Shown: positions 51,953-61,818 of the stretch, piece after piece | How the letters are laid out: the number at the start of each line of letters is the position of its first letter | Numbering within the stretch: position 1 is the stretch's first letter | Assembly: GCA_963682135.1 (NCBI GenBank) | Contig: OY821645.1 | Location: 1,056,001 to 1,120,000 of the forward strand | Length of the DNA: 64,000 nucleotides | Direction of reading: 5' to 3' | From: Methanothrix sp. | GTDB lineage: Archaea > Halobacteriota > Methanosarcinia > Methanotrichales > Methanotrichaceae | The notes under the pieces: model-generated | The model's database searches: none | Told to the model about the DNA's origin: nothing | What the model saw: only the letters and a program-made list of their open reading frames with translations | Translations under genes and position numbers: made by a program

Positions 51953-52702
51953 TCAGGCTAGCGAGACACCACGGAGATACAAGAAAAAAATGATCACCGG
52001 CTGGTGGGCCAGGTAGACGGCCAGCGAGTTTCGTCCCAGGAATGCGAGCGAGCGAACAAAGGGCGACCCGGCAAAATCCGGCACCGCAATTCTGCGCCGG
52101 TAGCCGGGATAGAGCCGGTCGCCCAGGCCCATCCCCACCAGAATCACCCCGAACCAGGGAAAGACGGGAAAGTAGTCCACCGAATAGAAACCCGTCGGGG
52201 CCAGCCCCAGCCAGAGCAGCCAGGGAAAGCCGACGGTGATGTTTTGCAGATATAGTCCAAATAATATAAATAATAGGCCGAAAATGAAGTTCGCTTTTTG
52301 CAGCCGGAGAAAGGGATAAGCCAGCAGCAGCGAGAGGCCGATGAGGTGCAGCACTCCGAAGACGATGAAGCCTTTGCCGATGAAGAGATAGGTTACGACG
52401 CTTATGCCCAGGGCCAGGCTCAGTATCCAGGCGCTCCGCTTCAGGAGGCGAGAGAAATATGCTTCTTCCAGGCCCAGCAGCCGGGCGCGGGAGTGGCTCA
52501 GGGTGAGGGAGAGCCCCACCAGGAGGAGGAAGAGCGAGGCAGCGGCGCGGGCCACCATAAGCCAGAAACCGGATGATGCATCAATATCGTAGACGGCGAA
52601 ATAGTTGAGATCAAAGACCAGGTGGTAGAGGACCATCAGAACGATGGCACAGCCACGCAGGAAGTCCACCTCCCAGAAACGGGACGTCCGGCTCTCGACC
52701 AT
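51953..52702 (-). CDS. DUF1624 / heparan-alpha-glucosaminide N-acetyltransferase-like membrane protein
   Basis: RFWEVDFLRG.AI.LM..YH, FGVLH, DYFPVFPW, GRNSL..YLAHQP. Confidence 0.88.
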   Translation of the reverse strand: MVESRTSRFWEVDFLRGCAIVLMVLYHLVFDLNYFAVYDIDASSGFWLMVARAAASLFLLLVGLSLTLSHSRARLLGLEEAYFSRLLKRSAWILSLALGISVVTYLFIGKGFIVFGVLHLIGLSLLLAYPFLRLQKANFIFGLLFILFGLYLQNITVGFPWLLWLGLAPTGFYSVDYFPVFPWFGVILVGMGLGDRLYPGYRRRIAVPDFAGSPFVRSLAFLGRNSLAVYLAHQPVIIFFLYLRGVSLA

Positions 52703-52821
52703 TTTAGGAGATTTTAATTGGTTCTTTCGGCACAATTCCTTGATTGACTCCAATCATCTTCAGAGGCCATCAATAATTTGCTTTGAATAAATTAGAATAT
52801 TTGTGTCCAGTAGATATTTTT

Positions 52822-53034
52822 TCATACTCTCATCCATTCTTCCCTCAAAGCAGCGCTCTCTTTTTTGACATCCACCTTCAAGTCCTTGTACATTCCCCTA
52901 TATTTCGACGGATCCCAATTGGTTTTCTCCTCTTGGTCCCGGCTGACCAGATAGCTTATTTTGTTCCATAGATTGATTGGAATAATTACCCCTGTCTTCC
53001 TGCCATCTTCATCATAAACATATTGCACTTCCAT
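52822..53034 (-). CDS. Small hypothetical protein, antitoxin-like
   Basis: QYVYDEDGRKTGVIIPI..W...LREEW. Confidence 0.6.
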   Translation of the reverse strand: MEVQYVYDEDGRKTGVIIPINLWNKISYLVSRDQEEKTNWDPSKYRGMYKDLKVDVKKESAALREEWMRV

Positions 53035-53107
53035 TTCAATCACAACCGGGCGGTATTTTTAAATATACTTAATATAACTAATCATATATTAAACAGTTGC
53101 GTTTCCA

Positions 53108-53264
53108 TTATTTTGCCGCTTCCTCCACAATCCCGATCTCTTCTTCCGTCAGGTCGTAAAGCTCGTACACCAGCATGTCGATCTGCCGGTCGGTGGCCTC
53201 GATCCGGCGGACGAGCAGCGTCCTGTCGTGATCGGTGCCTGATGATGCCTGCTTGTGAAGATCG
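53108..53264 (-). pseudogene. 3' fragment of type IIG (Eco57I/TaqI-C-like) restriction-modification gene, copy 2
   Basis: RRIEATDRQIDMLVYELYDLTEEEIGIVE, the characteristic type IIG C-terminus. Confidence 0.8.
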
Positions 53265-53525
53265 TCATATGTTGTATGCGTAATCGTGATGATCAAAGTT
53301 AACGAACCAGACTTCTGCGATAATAATCTTATAAATGATAACCCAATTTCCGACATGGGCGCTTCGATAACCAGCAAGGTTTTGCGTAAGTGTTTCTCCA
53401 ATATCAGGATTTTGCAGGATATCTCTAATCTTTTTAAGAGTTCTTTCTTTCAAAACGGCATTCTTTTTGGTCAGGCGCTTAAAATTTTTGTCGAAAAGAG
53501 GTGACGATTGCGGCGAATAATTCAT
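53265..53525 (-). CDS. RelE/StbE-family toxin
   Basis: F.KNFKRL...NPDIGE.L...LAGYRSAHVGNWVIIY...DHHDYAY. Confidence 0.85.
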   Translation of the reverse strand: MNYSPQSSPLFDKNFKRLTKKNAVLKERTLKKIRDILQNPDIGETLTQNLAGYRSAHVGNWVIIYKIIIAEVWFVNFDHHDYAYNI

Positions 53526-53531
53526 GCAAAT

Positions 53532-53696
53532 CTACAAGTTTGAAAGGTGCTCTATGAATTCGTCCGCATTTTTAAAGCGCTTTCCAAGACCCGCCCGAAG
53601 CTCTGCATCTCCTTTTAAGGTATTGGCTACGATGCGCTCATCATCTTCGATAGACCTGTATTTCGTTTCTGGCTTCTTGATAGTCTTTGCCATCAT
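53532..53696 (-). CDS. Putative antitoxin (54 aa)
   Basis: MMAKTIKKPETKYRSIEDDERIVANTLKGDAELRAGLGKRFKNADEFIEHLSNL, read manually; 6 bp upstream of toxin. Confidence 0.75.
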   Translation of the reverse strand: MMAKTIKKPETKYRSIEDDERIVANTLKGDAELRAGLGKRFKNADEFIEHLSNL

Positions 53697-53752
53697 TTAG
53701 GATCGCCAAATATGTACTTCGACTCTCCGCTTTAAAGACTTTCGCCGGACAT

Positions 53753-54000
53753 TTACCTGCTCGCTTCCTACACAATCCCTATCTCTTCATCTGTCAGGTC
53801 GTAAAGCTCGTACTACCTGCCTGTCGATCTGCCGGTCGGTGGCCTCGATCCGGCGGGCGAGGAGCGTCTTGTCGTGATCGGTGCCGGTGGAGGCAAGCTT
53901 GTGAAGATCGAGCATGGTCTGCACCAGCTCCACCAGGCGGTCGTGGCGGGCGACGTCTGCAGGGTCGGAGAAGTCGATGGTGCGGATCGGGAGTGGTGAC
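53753..54000 (-). pseudogene. 3' fragment of type IIG restriction-modification gene, copy 1 (frameshift plus amber stop)
   Basis: LPIRTIDFSDPAD.ARHDRLVELVQTMLDLHK...IEATDRQID, then 1-nt insertion before YELYDLTDEEIGIV-TAG. Confidence 0.8.
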
Positions 54001-54184
54001 ACGTATTGATGCATCTCACGCGGTGCAGACACGGCAACATATCCCTCATTCAGCGCTCCATGGATAGAAGATACGAAAAAGGTTTTGCTGGCTGATAAAA
54101 TTCATTCGTGTAAATAAAAACGTTTAATTGTAATAGTAGAAAGAGGAACAAAATTTGATACAAAAAAGCTAAAAACTAATAAAA

Positions 54185-54232
54185 TAGAAAAGCTGATAGA
54201 AAAGCTGTTCAGCTTTTCTATCAGTTTTTCTA
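54185..54232 (-). terminator. 23-bp inverted repeat downstream of cold-shock gene
   Basis: tagaaaagctgatagaaaagctg-tt-cagcttttctatcagtttttcta (22/23 matched), followed by T-rich tracts on the minus strand. Confidence 0.6.
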
Positions 54233-54253
54233 CTATGCTATCACTGCGAGTAT

Positions 54254-54448
54254 TTACTGCTTCTCTACTTTGTCAGCCTTGGGGCCTTTCTCGCCCTCAA
54301 TGACTTCGAAGCTTACCTTGTCACCCTCATCGATAGTGACACCGGGCTTCAAGCCAGTTACGTGTACAAAATAGTCCTTACCATCGTCGCCTGCTATGAA
54401 TCCAAAGCTCTTGACTCTGTTGAAAAACTTAACTGTTCCATTTACCAT
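54254..54448 (-). CDS. Cold-shock domain protein
   Basis: GTVKFFN..KSFGFI...DYFVH...KGP.A. Confidence 0.95.
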   Translation of the reverse strand: MVNGTVKFFNRVKSFGFIAGDDGKDYFVHVTGLKPGVTIDEGDKVSFEVIEGEKGPKADKVEKQ

Positions 54449-54571
54449 TTTTGATTCCTCTGATTGGGTTAGCATGGGTACCATGAGCTACCTGTACTTA
54501 TAGTTTCTGGCTGATCAACAAAACCAGGCCATTGGACGCCCAGGAACAATCGTATGCTGTCGTATTTTGGG

Positions 54572-54588
54572 GAAACTCTTTTATAGAA
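54572..54588 (+). promoter_or_regulatory. TATA box flanked by GAA elements (archaeal heat-shock-type promoter)
   Basis: GAA-actct-TTTATA-GAA about 60 bp upstream of the chaperonin start; resembles the GAA-flanked TATA of haloarchaeal cct promoters. Confidence 0.55.
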
Positions 54589-54647
54589 GATCAAATACTG
54601 TGAACCTGAGAATTCGCAAATAAGCAATTACTGGAGGATTATCAAAA

Positions 54648-56330
54648 ATGGCAGGAATGGGCGGATCGCCAATTATCATTTTAAAGGACACCCGCAGAGA
54701 GTCGGGCAAAGATGCTATCTCGAATAACATCATGGCTGCCCGCGCCGTGGCCAATGCGGTGAGGAGCACCCTGGGCCCCAAAGGCATGGATAAATTACTG
54801 GTGGACTCCATTGGAGACGTGACCATCACCAACGATGGCGTGACTATCCTAAAAGAGATGGACGTACAGCATCCTGCGGCTAAAATGCTTATCGAGGCCG
54901 CCAAGACCCAGGATAAAGAGGTAGGCGACGGCACCACCACCGTGGCTGTCCTGGCTGGCGAGCTGCTCAAGAAAGCCGAGATGCTCATAGACCAGAAGGT
55001 TCACCCCACCATGATTGTGCAGGGGTACAGAATGGCTGCCAAAAAGGCGGTGCAGATTGTCAAATCCATCTCCATTGATGCCTCGGAAAAAGATCGCGCT
55101 CTCCTGGAGAAAATCGCCGAGACCGCCATGACCGGAAAGCTGGCTGAGTCTGCGGACAGCAAGATGGCCAGTTATGCCGTTGACCTGGTCCTCAATGCCA
55201 TTGAAGACTATGGCGGCAAGAAGAGCTTTGATATGGACCGGGTCAATGTGGAGAAGAAGGTTGGCGAGAGCACCCTGGATTCTCAGATTATTGAAGGCAT
55301 AGTAATCGATAAGGAGATCGTCCACCAAAATATGCCCCGCAAGATTGTGAATGCCAAGATTGCCCTTCTCTCTACAGCCATCGAATCCAAGGAAACCGAG
55401 ACCAAAACCGAGCTGCAGATAACATCCTCCACTCAGTTCCAGCAATTCATGGACCATGAGAAAATGAGGATAAAAGAGGCAGCAGATAAAGTGATCTCCA
55501 GCGGTGCTACAGTGGTCTTCTGCCAAAAAGGCATCGATGATCTGGCCCAGCATCACCTGGCCAATGCCGGAATTCTGGCTATGCGTCGCGTCATCAAAAA
55601 GGACATGGACAAGCTGGCAAAAGCCACAGGCGCTAACATTGTAACGGGCCTGGATGAGCTGAAGCCCAGCGATCTGGGCACAGCCGCCCTGGTAGAGGAG
55701 AAGCGCCTGGGGAGCGGCATCATGACCTTTGTCACCGGCACCAAGAACACTTCTGCCACCCTTCTGCTACGCGGGGGCACTCAGCAGGTTCTAAACGGCC
55801 TGGAAAGAGCCTTGGATGATGCTCTTCACGCCGTGGCCGATGTGGTGGAGGATGGCAAAATGGTGGCGGGCGGGGGAGCCCCTGAGATTGAACTTGCCAT
55901 GCTCCTGCGGGAGTATGCATCTACTTTGAAGGGCCGCGAGCAACTGGCTGTCACCAAGTTCGCCGAAGCCATGGAGATCGTGCCCAAGACTCTGGCAGAA
56001 AATGCCGGCTTTGATGCCATCGACAAGACTATCGAACTGAAGAACCGGCATGGCATGAACAAGAACATGGGCCTAAACGCCTATACCGGCGAGATCCAGG
56101 ACATGCTGGGAATGGGTGTGGTCGAGCCGCTGCGCGTTAAGATTCAGGCACTATTATCTGCTACTGATGCCGCCTGCCTCATCCTGCGCATCGATGATGT
56201 TCTCGCTTCAACCAAGACGCCCCCACCGCGCGGCGCAGGCGGAATGCCGCCGGGTATGGGTGGCATGGGTGGTATGGGAATGCCGCCAGGCATGGGCGGA
56301 ATGGGCGGCATGCCGCCTGGGATGTTTTAG
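54648..56330 (+). CDS. Thermosome (group II chaperonin) subunit
   Basis: [29 protein letters not shown]; GGM-repeat tail. Confidence 0.97.
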   Translation: MAGMGGSPIIILKDTRRESGKDAISNNIMAARAVANAVRSTLGPKGMDKLLVDSIGDVTITNDGVTILKEMDVQHPAAKMLIEAAKTQDKEVGDGTTTVAVLAGELLKKAEMLIDQKVHPTMIVQGYRMAAKKAVQIVKSISIDASEKDRALLEKIAETAMTGKLAESADSKMASYAVDLVLNAIEDYGGKKSFDMDRVNVEKKVGESTLDSQIIEGIVIDKEIVHQNMPRKIVNAKIALLSTAIESKETETKTELQITSSTQFQQFMDHEKMRIKEAADKVISSGATVVFCQKGIDDLAQHHLANAGILAMRRVIKKDMDKLAKATGANIVTGLDELKPSDLGTAALVEEKRLGSGIMTFVTGTKNTSATLLLRGGTQQVLNGLERALDDALHAVADVVEDGKMVAGGGAPEIELAMLLREYASTLKGREQLAVTKFAEAMEIVPKTLAENAGFDAIDKTIELKNRHGMNKNMGLNAYTGEIQDMLGMGVVEPLRVKIQALLSATDAACLILRIDDVLASTKTPPPRGAGGMPPGMGGMGGMGMPPGMGGMGGMPPGMF

Positions 56331-56517
56331 ACGATAAATATCCCATTTTTTTAATTAATCTATTTTTAGCCCATAAAAATAGGGGCGTTTTTTTGGCCAT
56401 AGCCAATGCAATTTATCATTTTTATATGAAAATAAGAAATATATACAAAAATATAGTGTGTGTATATTGATTACATTATCTTTATATAACTTGCATGAGA
56501 GACATTTCAGAAGGTCG

Positions 56518-57354
56518 ATGGAAATGGAGGGCTACTTGATATGGCTGATCTTTCTAGCGTTGGCGATATCCTCAGTAAGCATCATCCAGCTCCAGGAAGG
56601 CAGAATCCGGAGACTGCAAGAAGATTACGGGCAGATGCAAAAAAACCTTCTCCTCTGGCAGGACAAACTGAGGAAAAAAGAAGGCAGCATTGATCAGTTG
56701 CAGCGCAGTTTAGCCCAATTGCTCAAATGGAAAGAGCAGGCTCTGGAACTTGAAGCGGAGCTAAAAAGAGTCAAGCATACGCAAGATTATGCCAGCGCAG
56801 AGCGGCTGCAGTTCTTGGAGGATTCCATCGCAAAATCTCAAAAAATTCCCGACATTTTCCTGGTCACCTCACCTTTCCAGGGACGGCACACATTCGAGGA
56901 CAGACTTTGCCGCATGCTGGAAGATGCCAAATTCGAGATAGTAATCGTGTCGCCCTGGATAAAAAGACAGACCTGGAACAGAATAAAAGGACCGCTGCGA
57001 AAATTCACCAGAAGAGGAGGAAAGCTGAGCGTATTCATGCGGGGAAGCGAGTCGGACTACTCTCTGGGACTGAGTGACAATTTAAAGGGGGAGATCTCAG
57101 ACCTGGGAGGTGAGACTATTCTGGTAGACTTGCTTCATGCCAAGATTTACATGGTTGACAGAAAAGAGGCCATAATTACCTCTGCCAACCTCACCAAAGG
57201 CGGCACAGAGAGCAACTATGAAGGCGGAATCTGGGTGAACGACCCCATTGTTTTGAGAGATATATGCGAGTTCATGGACGACATCCGCCGCATAGGGGCA
57301 GCCGCCAATACGCGTACTTATCCTCCGCTAAGCGACCGCAGGGGAACGATGTAG
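56518..57354 (+). CDS. Membrane-anchored coiled-coil protein with phospholipase D-like domain
   Basis: N-terminal TM, coiled coil, IVSPWI, HAKIYMVD...SANLT...NYE. Confidence 0.8.
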   Translation: MEMEGYLIWLIFLALAISSVSIIQLQEGRIRRLQEDYGQMQKNLLLWQDKLRKKEGSIDQLQRSLAQLLKWKEQALELEAELKRVKHTQDYASAERLQFLEDSIAKSQKIPDIFLVTSPFQGRHTFEDRLCRMLEDAKFEIVIVSPWIKRQTWNRIKGPLRKFTRRGGKLSVFMRGSESDYSLGLSDNLKGEISDLGGETILVDLLHAKIYMVDRKEAIITSANLTKGGTESNYEGGIWVNDPIVLRDICEFMDDIRRIGAAANTRTYPPLSDRRGTM

Positions 57355-58094
57355 GGCCTGCCCAGAGCATTCATGACCATAGCCTCGATGCCATAAACTC
57401 GGCTGATATTGGCCTCGCTGAGAAGGGCTTTCGGTTCGCCTGCAGCATAGACCTTTCCTTCCTTTAGCATGACAAGTTTGTCGGAGAAACGGGAGGCTAA
57501 ATTGAGATCGTGAATAGCCATGACTGCGGATATGCTCTTCTCTTTGACCAGGCTACTTACCGTCTCCATTACTTCCAGTTGATGGAGCATATCCAGATTA
57601 GAGGTCGGCTCATCCAACAAGAGCACAGCCGGCTCCTGGGCCAGGGCACGGGCAATGAGCACCTTTTGCTTTTGGCCGCCGGAAAGCTGAGAAAAGTCGC
57701 GCATAGCCAGATCTTCCAGGTGCAACCTCTCCAAGACCTCGGCCACCTTATTCAGGTCAAAGTCAGTTACCCTCCAGCTGATGTGTGGCCTTCTGCCCAT
57801 AAGGACCGTATCAAAAACCGTAGTGGCCAGGGGTGTGGAGCTGGACTGAGGTACATATCCTATCTGTCTGGCCACCTCCTGGCGGCTCATTCTCTCCAGT
57901 TCCCGGCCATCAAGGAGAATGCTGCCCATAGGTTTGAGGATGCGATCGATGCACTTGATGAGCGTCGTCTTTCCCGAGCCGTTCGGTCCAACCAAGCTCA
58001 AAATCTCAGAGTTCTCGATAACGACATTGAGATCATCGAGGATCTTGTGACTATTGTAGCTGAATGTGAGGTCCTTGATTGTGATATTTACCAA
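57318..58094 (-). CDS. ABC transporter ATP-binding protein (iron-siderophore/cobalamin type)
   Basis: [29 protein letters not shown]. Confidence 0.92.
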   Translation of the reverse strand: MVNITIKDLTFSYNSHKILDDLNVVIENSEILSLVGPNGSGKTTLIKCIDRILKPMGSILLDGRELERMSRQEVARQIGYVPQSSSTPLATTVFDTVLMGRRPHISWRVTDFDLNKVAEVLERLHLEDLAMRDFSQLSGGQKQKVLIARALAQEPAVLLLDEPTSNLDMLHQLEVMETVSSLVKEKSISAVMAIHDLNLASRFSDKLVMLKEGKVYAAGEPKALLSEANISRVYGIEAMVMNALGRPYIVPLRSLSGG

Positions 58095-58948
58095 TTTACT
58101 TACCTCCGGAAGGTATCATGTCTTGTGCTAAACCGTCTGCCGTGCAAATAATACATAAAGTAATAAGTCTTAATTGAGACATAATATCTAGTACGAAACT
58201 ACCAGGAAGCATATGAAGTACATGCTTAATAAATGCATCTATTGTAACACCTTCCTTTGAATATGAAGATCAGAGATTACTTGATATGATAGCGATAATC
58301 TACATTTTCATCACCTTAAACCCAACCTATGTTGGCGACAAATGGTCGATCTTGGAAGAAGTGGAACAAATACATACATCTACCTCCTGCGTAATACTGT
58401 TGATTAGCGACAAAGCTCACGAATAAATTTTAAGAGATTATGATGAAAAATAATAATATATCAAAAAAAGTGCATTGTCGTCCTTTATATATCATTCATA
58501 CTAATAGCAAAAGATTTATTACTATGTACGAGGATGTCGTGGATGTGGGCGAGTCGTGCAAAGGCCTCCTTTACCATATTGCTCTTGCAGCGCTCACTTG
58601 CCAAAAAGGGATGAATGATGTGCCCTGGCCATCTGCCATTGGCCGCCCAGAGGTAGTGCGGCTTACGGTCGGGGCGCTCCTCTTCTGTTACAGCTCATAA
58701 TTTCAACTCCAGACCAGGAATAAATTCACGGAATTCGTGCTTAGCCTCTTTAACCCAGGTTTTGTACTCCCTGCCGCCTCTCTTTCTCGTGGTTTTCTCT
58801 TCTTCGATTAAGCAGGAAAGAAACTCAATTTCAAGCTCAGCATTTCACGATACTTCATTTTTTATATTCTCGCGAATGAGGTTGTGTATTTGTATCTAAT
58901 TCAACCTGGTATGATCTTATATCGGAGGAGTTGTATTGTCAAAGAACA

Positions 58949-60304
58949 ATGAGCGAATTAGGGACCCATCTCGGACCAGGACACAACATCCCTGCTATTC
59001 TCATCGCGGGAACCCACAGCGGCGTGGGCAAGACCACAGTTACTCTGGGCCTCATGGCCGCACTTCGTGCCCGCGGCCTGAAGGTGCAGCCCTTCAAGGT
59101 AGGCCCTGACTTCATCGATCCCTCTCATCATACCGCCATATGCGGTCGTACCTCGCGCAATCTCGATCCCTTCATGATGGGCGAGGAGGGAGTACGCCGC
59201 TCTTTTTGCTCGGCCCTTGCAGGCGCTGATGTGGCTGTGGTGGAAGGAGTTATGGGCCTTTACGATGGCATGGACGGAACAGAGATCGGCAGCTCTGCCC
59301 AGGTGGCCAAAATACTCGACCTTCCGGTTCTGTTAGTCATAAATGTGCACGGCATGTCGCGCAGTGCTGCTGCCCTGGAGAAGGGCTTTGCAGAATATGA
59401 CAGGGGTGTGCGCCTGGCTGGCACAATTCTCAATCAGGTGGGAAGTGAGCGGCACCTGGCTATGCTGAAGAGTTGCCTGGAGAGCCCAGTTTTTGCCGCT
59501 CTGCCGCGAGAGAGAGAGATGGAGATGAAAAGCCGCCACCTGGGGCTGGTGATGGGCTTTGAGAAAGAGCACGATGTCGCCTCCCTGGCAGCCTTGCTGG
59601 AAAAGCATGCCGCCATCGATGAGATACTGTCGCTTCGCGTTTTGGCCTGTTCGGCTGAGAAGGAGAAGGCCAATGTGGAGAAATCCGTGCGCATAGGCAT
59701 TGCCCAGGATGAAGCCTTCTGCTTTTATTACTACGATAATCTGCGCGAGCTGGAAAGGCGTGGCGCAGATCTGGTCTTTTTCAGCCCGTTAGATGATGAT
59801 CTGCCTGATGTGGACGGCCTCTACATTGGAGGAGGCTATCCGGAGCTGCATGCCGCCCGGCTGGAGAAGGCTCCCGCCAGAAGGCAGATTAAGAAAGCAT
59901 CCGAAGATGGAATGCCCATTTATGGAGAGTGCGGCGGCCTGATGTACCTGGGGCGCGCCATAGAAATGGAGACGGGCTCATTTAGGATGGTGGGGGCACT
60001 GCCCGGTTCTACTATCATGACAAAACGGCTTGCGGCTCTGGGGTATGTTCAGGCAGAGATAGTAGGAGAAAATCCTATTGCTGCGCTGGGCAAGATCCTT
60101 CGCGGACACGAGTTTCATTACTCGCGCTACAGTTGCGACCGGGACGCTCGCTTTGCTTACCGGCTATGCAGAGGCAAAGGCATCCAGGACGGCTGGGACG
60201 GCCTGGTGGAGCACAACACAGTAGGCGGGTACCTGCATGCACATTTCTATTCATTTTCTGTGGAACGGTTCATCGAGTGCTGCAAGAATTACAAAAAAAA
60301 ATAG
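58949..60304 (+). CDS. cbiA: Cobyrinate a,c-diamide synthase family (CbiA; the CfbB paralogue cannot be excluded)
   Basis: SGVGKTT, FKVGPDFIDP, EGVMGLYDG, SRHLGLV, GGGYPE, GECGGLMYL, GHEFHYS. Confidence 0.85.
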   Translation: MSELGTHLGPGHNIPAILIAGTHSGVGKTTVTLGLMAALRARGLKVQPFKVGPDFIDPSHHTAICGRTSRNLDPFMMGEEGVRRSFCSALAGADVAVVEGVMGLYDGMDGTEIGSSAQVAKILDLPVLLVINVHGMSRSAAALEKGFAEYDRGVRLAGTILNQVGSERHLAMLKSCLESPVFAALPREREMEMKSRHLGLVMGFEKEHDVASLAALLEKHAAIDEILSLRVLACSAEKEKANVEKSVRIGIAQDEAFCFYYYDNLRELERRGADLVFFSPLDDDLPDVDGLYIGGGYPELHAARLEKAPARRQIKKASEDGMPIYGECGGLMYLGRAIEMETGSFRMVGALPGSTIMTKRLAALGYVQAEIVGENPIAALGKILRGHEFHYSRYSCDRDARFAYRLCRGKGIQDGWDGLVEHNTVGGYLHAHFYSFSVERFIECCKNYKKK

Positions 60305-60612
60305 CTAGGGAATGACAAAGCTTATTTAAGTCGATAAATCCTAAACACAGGGGGTCCTAAATAAAAATTTCGTAGATTAAATAATATTTAAGATCATCCT
60401 TTCGATAATATTCGTTTTCTGAGAAAAGTTATTTCTTCTTTCGAGAATAATTTAACGTTATCTTAGATGCAAAACACAGGGTCCAATCGTTTTCTATTTA
60501 GTGTAATATCTTGATCATTTGTGCATTATGGAATATATAGATCATTTCCAGAGAAAAGTTTAAATGCAGGTCCATGTTCATTTAGGACCATAACGCAAAT
60601 GGAGTGTAAACT

Positions 60613-60825
60613 ATGAGCAAAATTAATAGTGGACTTGTGCTCTTCTCTCTCCTGATGGTTCTCTCTCTGGGAGTCGCCATTGGTGAGGAAGTTGTCGCTG
60701 CTGAGAATGCAAGTGAAAATGTAACTGAGAACGCAACTGAGAACGTTACCATCAACGCAACCGAGAACGTTACCATCAACGCCACAGAGAACGCTTCCGT
60801 TGAGACAACCGAAGCTAAGGCTTAG
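60613..60825 (+). CDS. Small secreted protein made of N-x-S/T repeats
   Basis: Signal peptide followed by ENASENVTENATENVTINATENVTINATENAS. Confidence 0.8.
   Translation: MSKINSGLVLFSLLMVLSLGVAIGEEVVAAENASENVTENATENVTINATENVTINATENASVETTEAKA
60730..60798 (+). repeat. 24-bp tandem repeat (NATENVTI)
   Basis: aacgcaacYgagaacgttaccatc twice plus a partial third copy. Confidence 0.85.
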
Positions 60826-60955
60826 GTAGGCTTGATTGTCATTCCGTCCTGTTGGGCGGAAAGCTGGGCAGGTTCTTCCTGCCGATAATTTTTCTTATAA
60901 CTAGGGATTTTTTAGAAAGGCTTATATTTTTCTTAGAAAAAGCATTGTTTGAGGT

Positions 60956-61663
60956 ATGAATATGAGATGTTTAAGTGCGTTGATACTACTAGCTGCATTA
61001 GTAACCTTATCATCGGGATGCGTCCTGGCACAGGATGCCTCGAATGCTACAACTGACATGAATGCCACAAATGAAATGGCTGTTGCAGACGTTGCGCCTG
61101 TTGTTGAAGCTGCAGCACCTCTGACAGAGACCGCAGAGGCCACGCAAGCTGCACCTCAAGAGACGTTGTCGAGGTTCAAGCAGCTCTCCACCTTTGTTAA
61201 GGGGGCCACCACGGTTCTGGGAAAGAATACCGCCCAGGAATACACGGACGTGTCCAAGACAGCCAATCGTGATACAGTATTCACCCGTGAGGCAGGCGTT
61301 TCCACTCCTGCTGTAAAGGTCGGTATCACAAAGGTCAATACAGCAGAAGACAAGTATGTCCAGGTAACCAACCAGGCCGTAGGGTCCTGGGATCTGATGG
61401 GATGGACACTGGCCTCTGCCGGAAACACCACCTTTACCTTCCCGTCGCTGACTCTGGAAGAGAAAGCTATTGTGCGTGTCCATGAGGGAGAAGGTGCGGG
61501 CAGCGTGACCGATATTTATACCAATGGCACAGGACCACTCTGGATCGATAATCTGGTGTCCCTGCAGAATGCAGATGGAACTATCATCTCCACTTATGAC
61601 GTCTCCACCGCTCCTGCAGCAAGTGCGTGGGTCGATCCTCTGGCCAGCCAGATTCAGTACTAG
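60956..61663 (+). CDS. Secreted lamin-tail-domain-like protein
   Basis: Signal peptide; YVQVTN....WDLMGWTL......FTFP...L......VH.GEG. Confidence 0.75.
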   Translation: MNMRCLSALILLAALVTLSSGCVLAQDASNATTDMNATNEMAVADVAPVVEAAAPLTETAEATQAAPQETLSRFKQLSTFVKGATTVLGKNTAQEYTDVSKTANRDTVFTREAGVSTPAVKVGITKVNTAEDKYVQVTNQAVGSWDLMGWTLASAGNTTFTFPSLTLEEKAIVRVHEGEGAGSVTDIYTNGTGPLWIDNLVSLQNADGTIISTYDVSTAPAASAWVDPLASQIQY

Positions 61664-61818
61664 AACGCAAAGCCCCAATTTTGGGGCGACATAACTTTTT
61701 TCTAAAGAAATTGGAATATCAATTCCTTGCAACCATCTGGAAATCAGTTCAGAGCATCAGAAAGATTGGGCCTCAAGGAGGCTCTCAAGTTGCACCGATC
61801 ATTGAGCCAGGCTCTTAT

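Noticed and set aside
53108-53401. 97-aa ORF as a real protein
   Set aside because: Its N-half is an alternate frame of the RelE toxin gene; only the RM tail part is meaningful.
56235-56325. GGM/PPGM repeats
   Set aside because: Ordinary chaperonin C-terminal tail.
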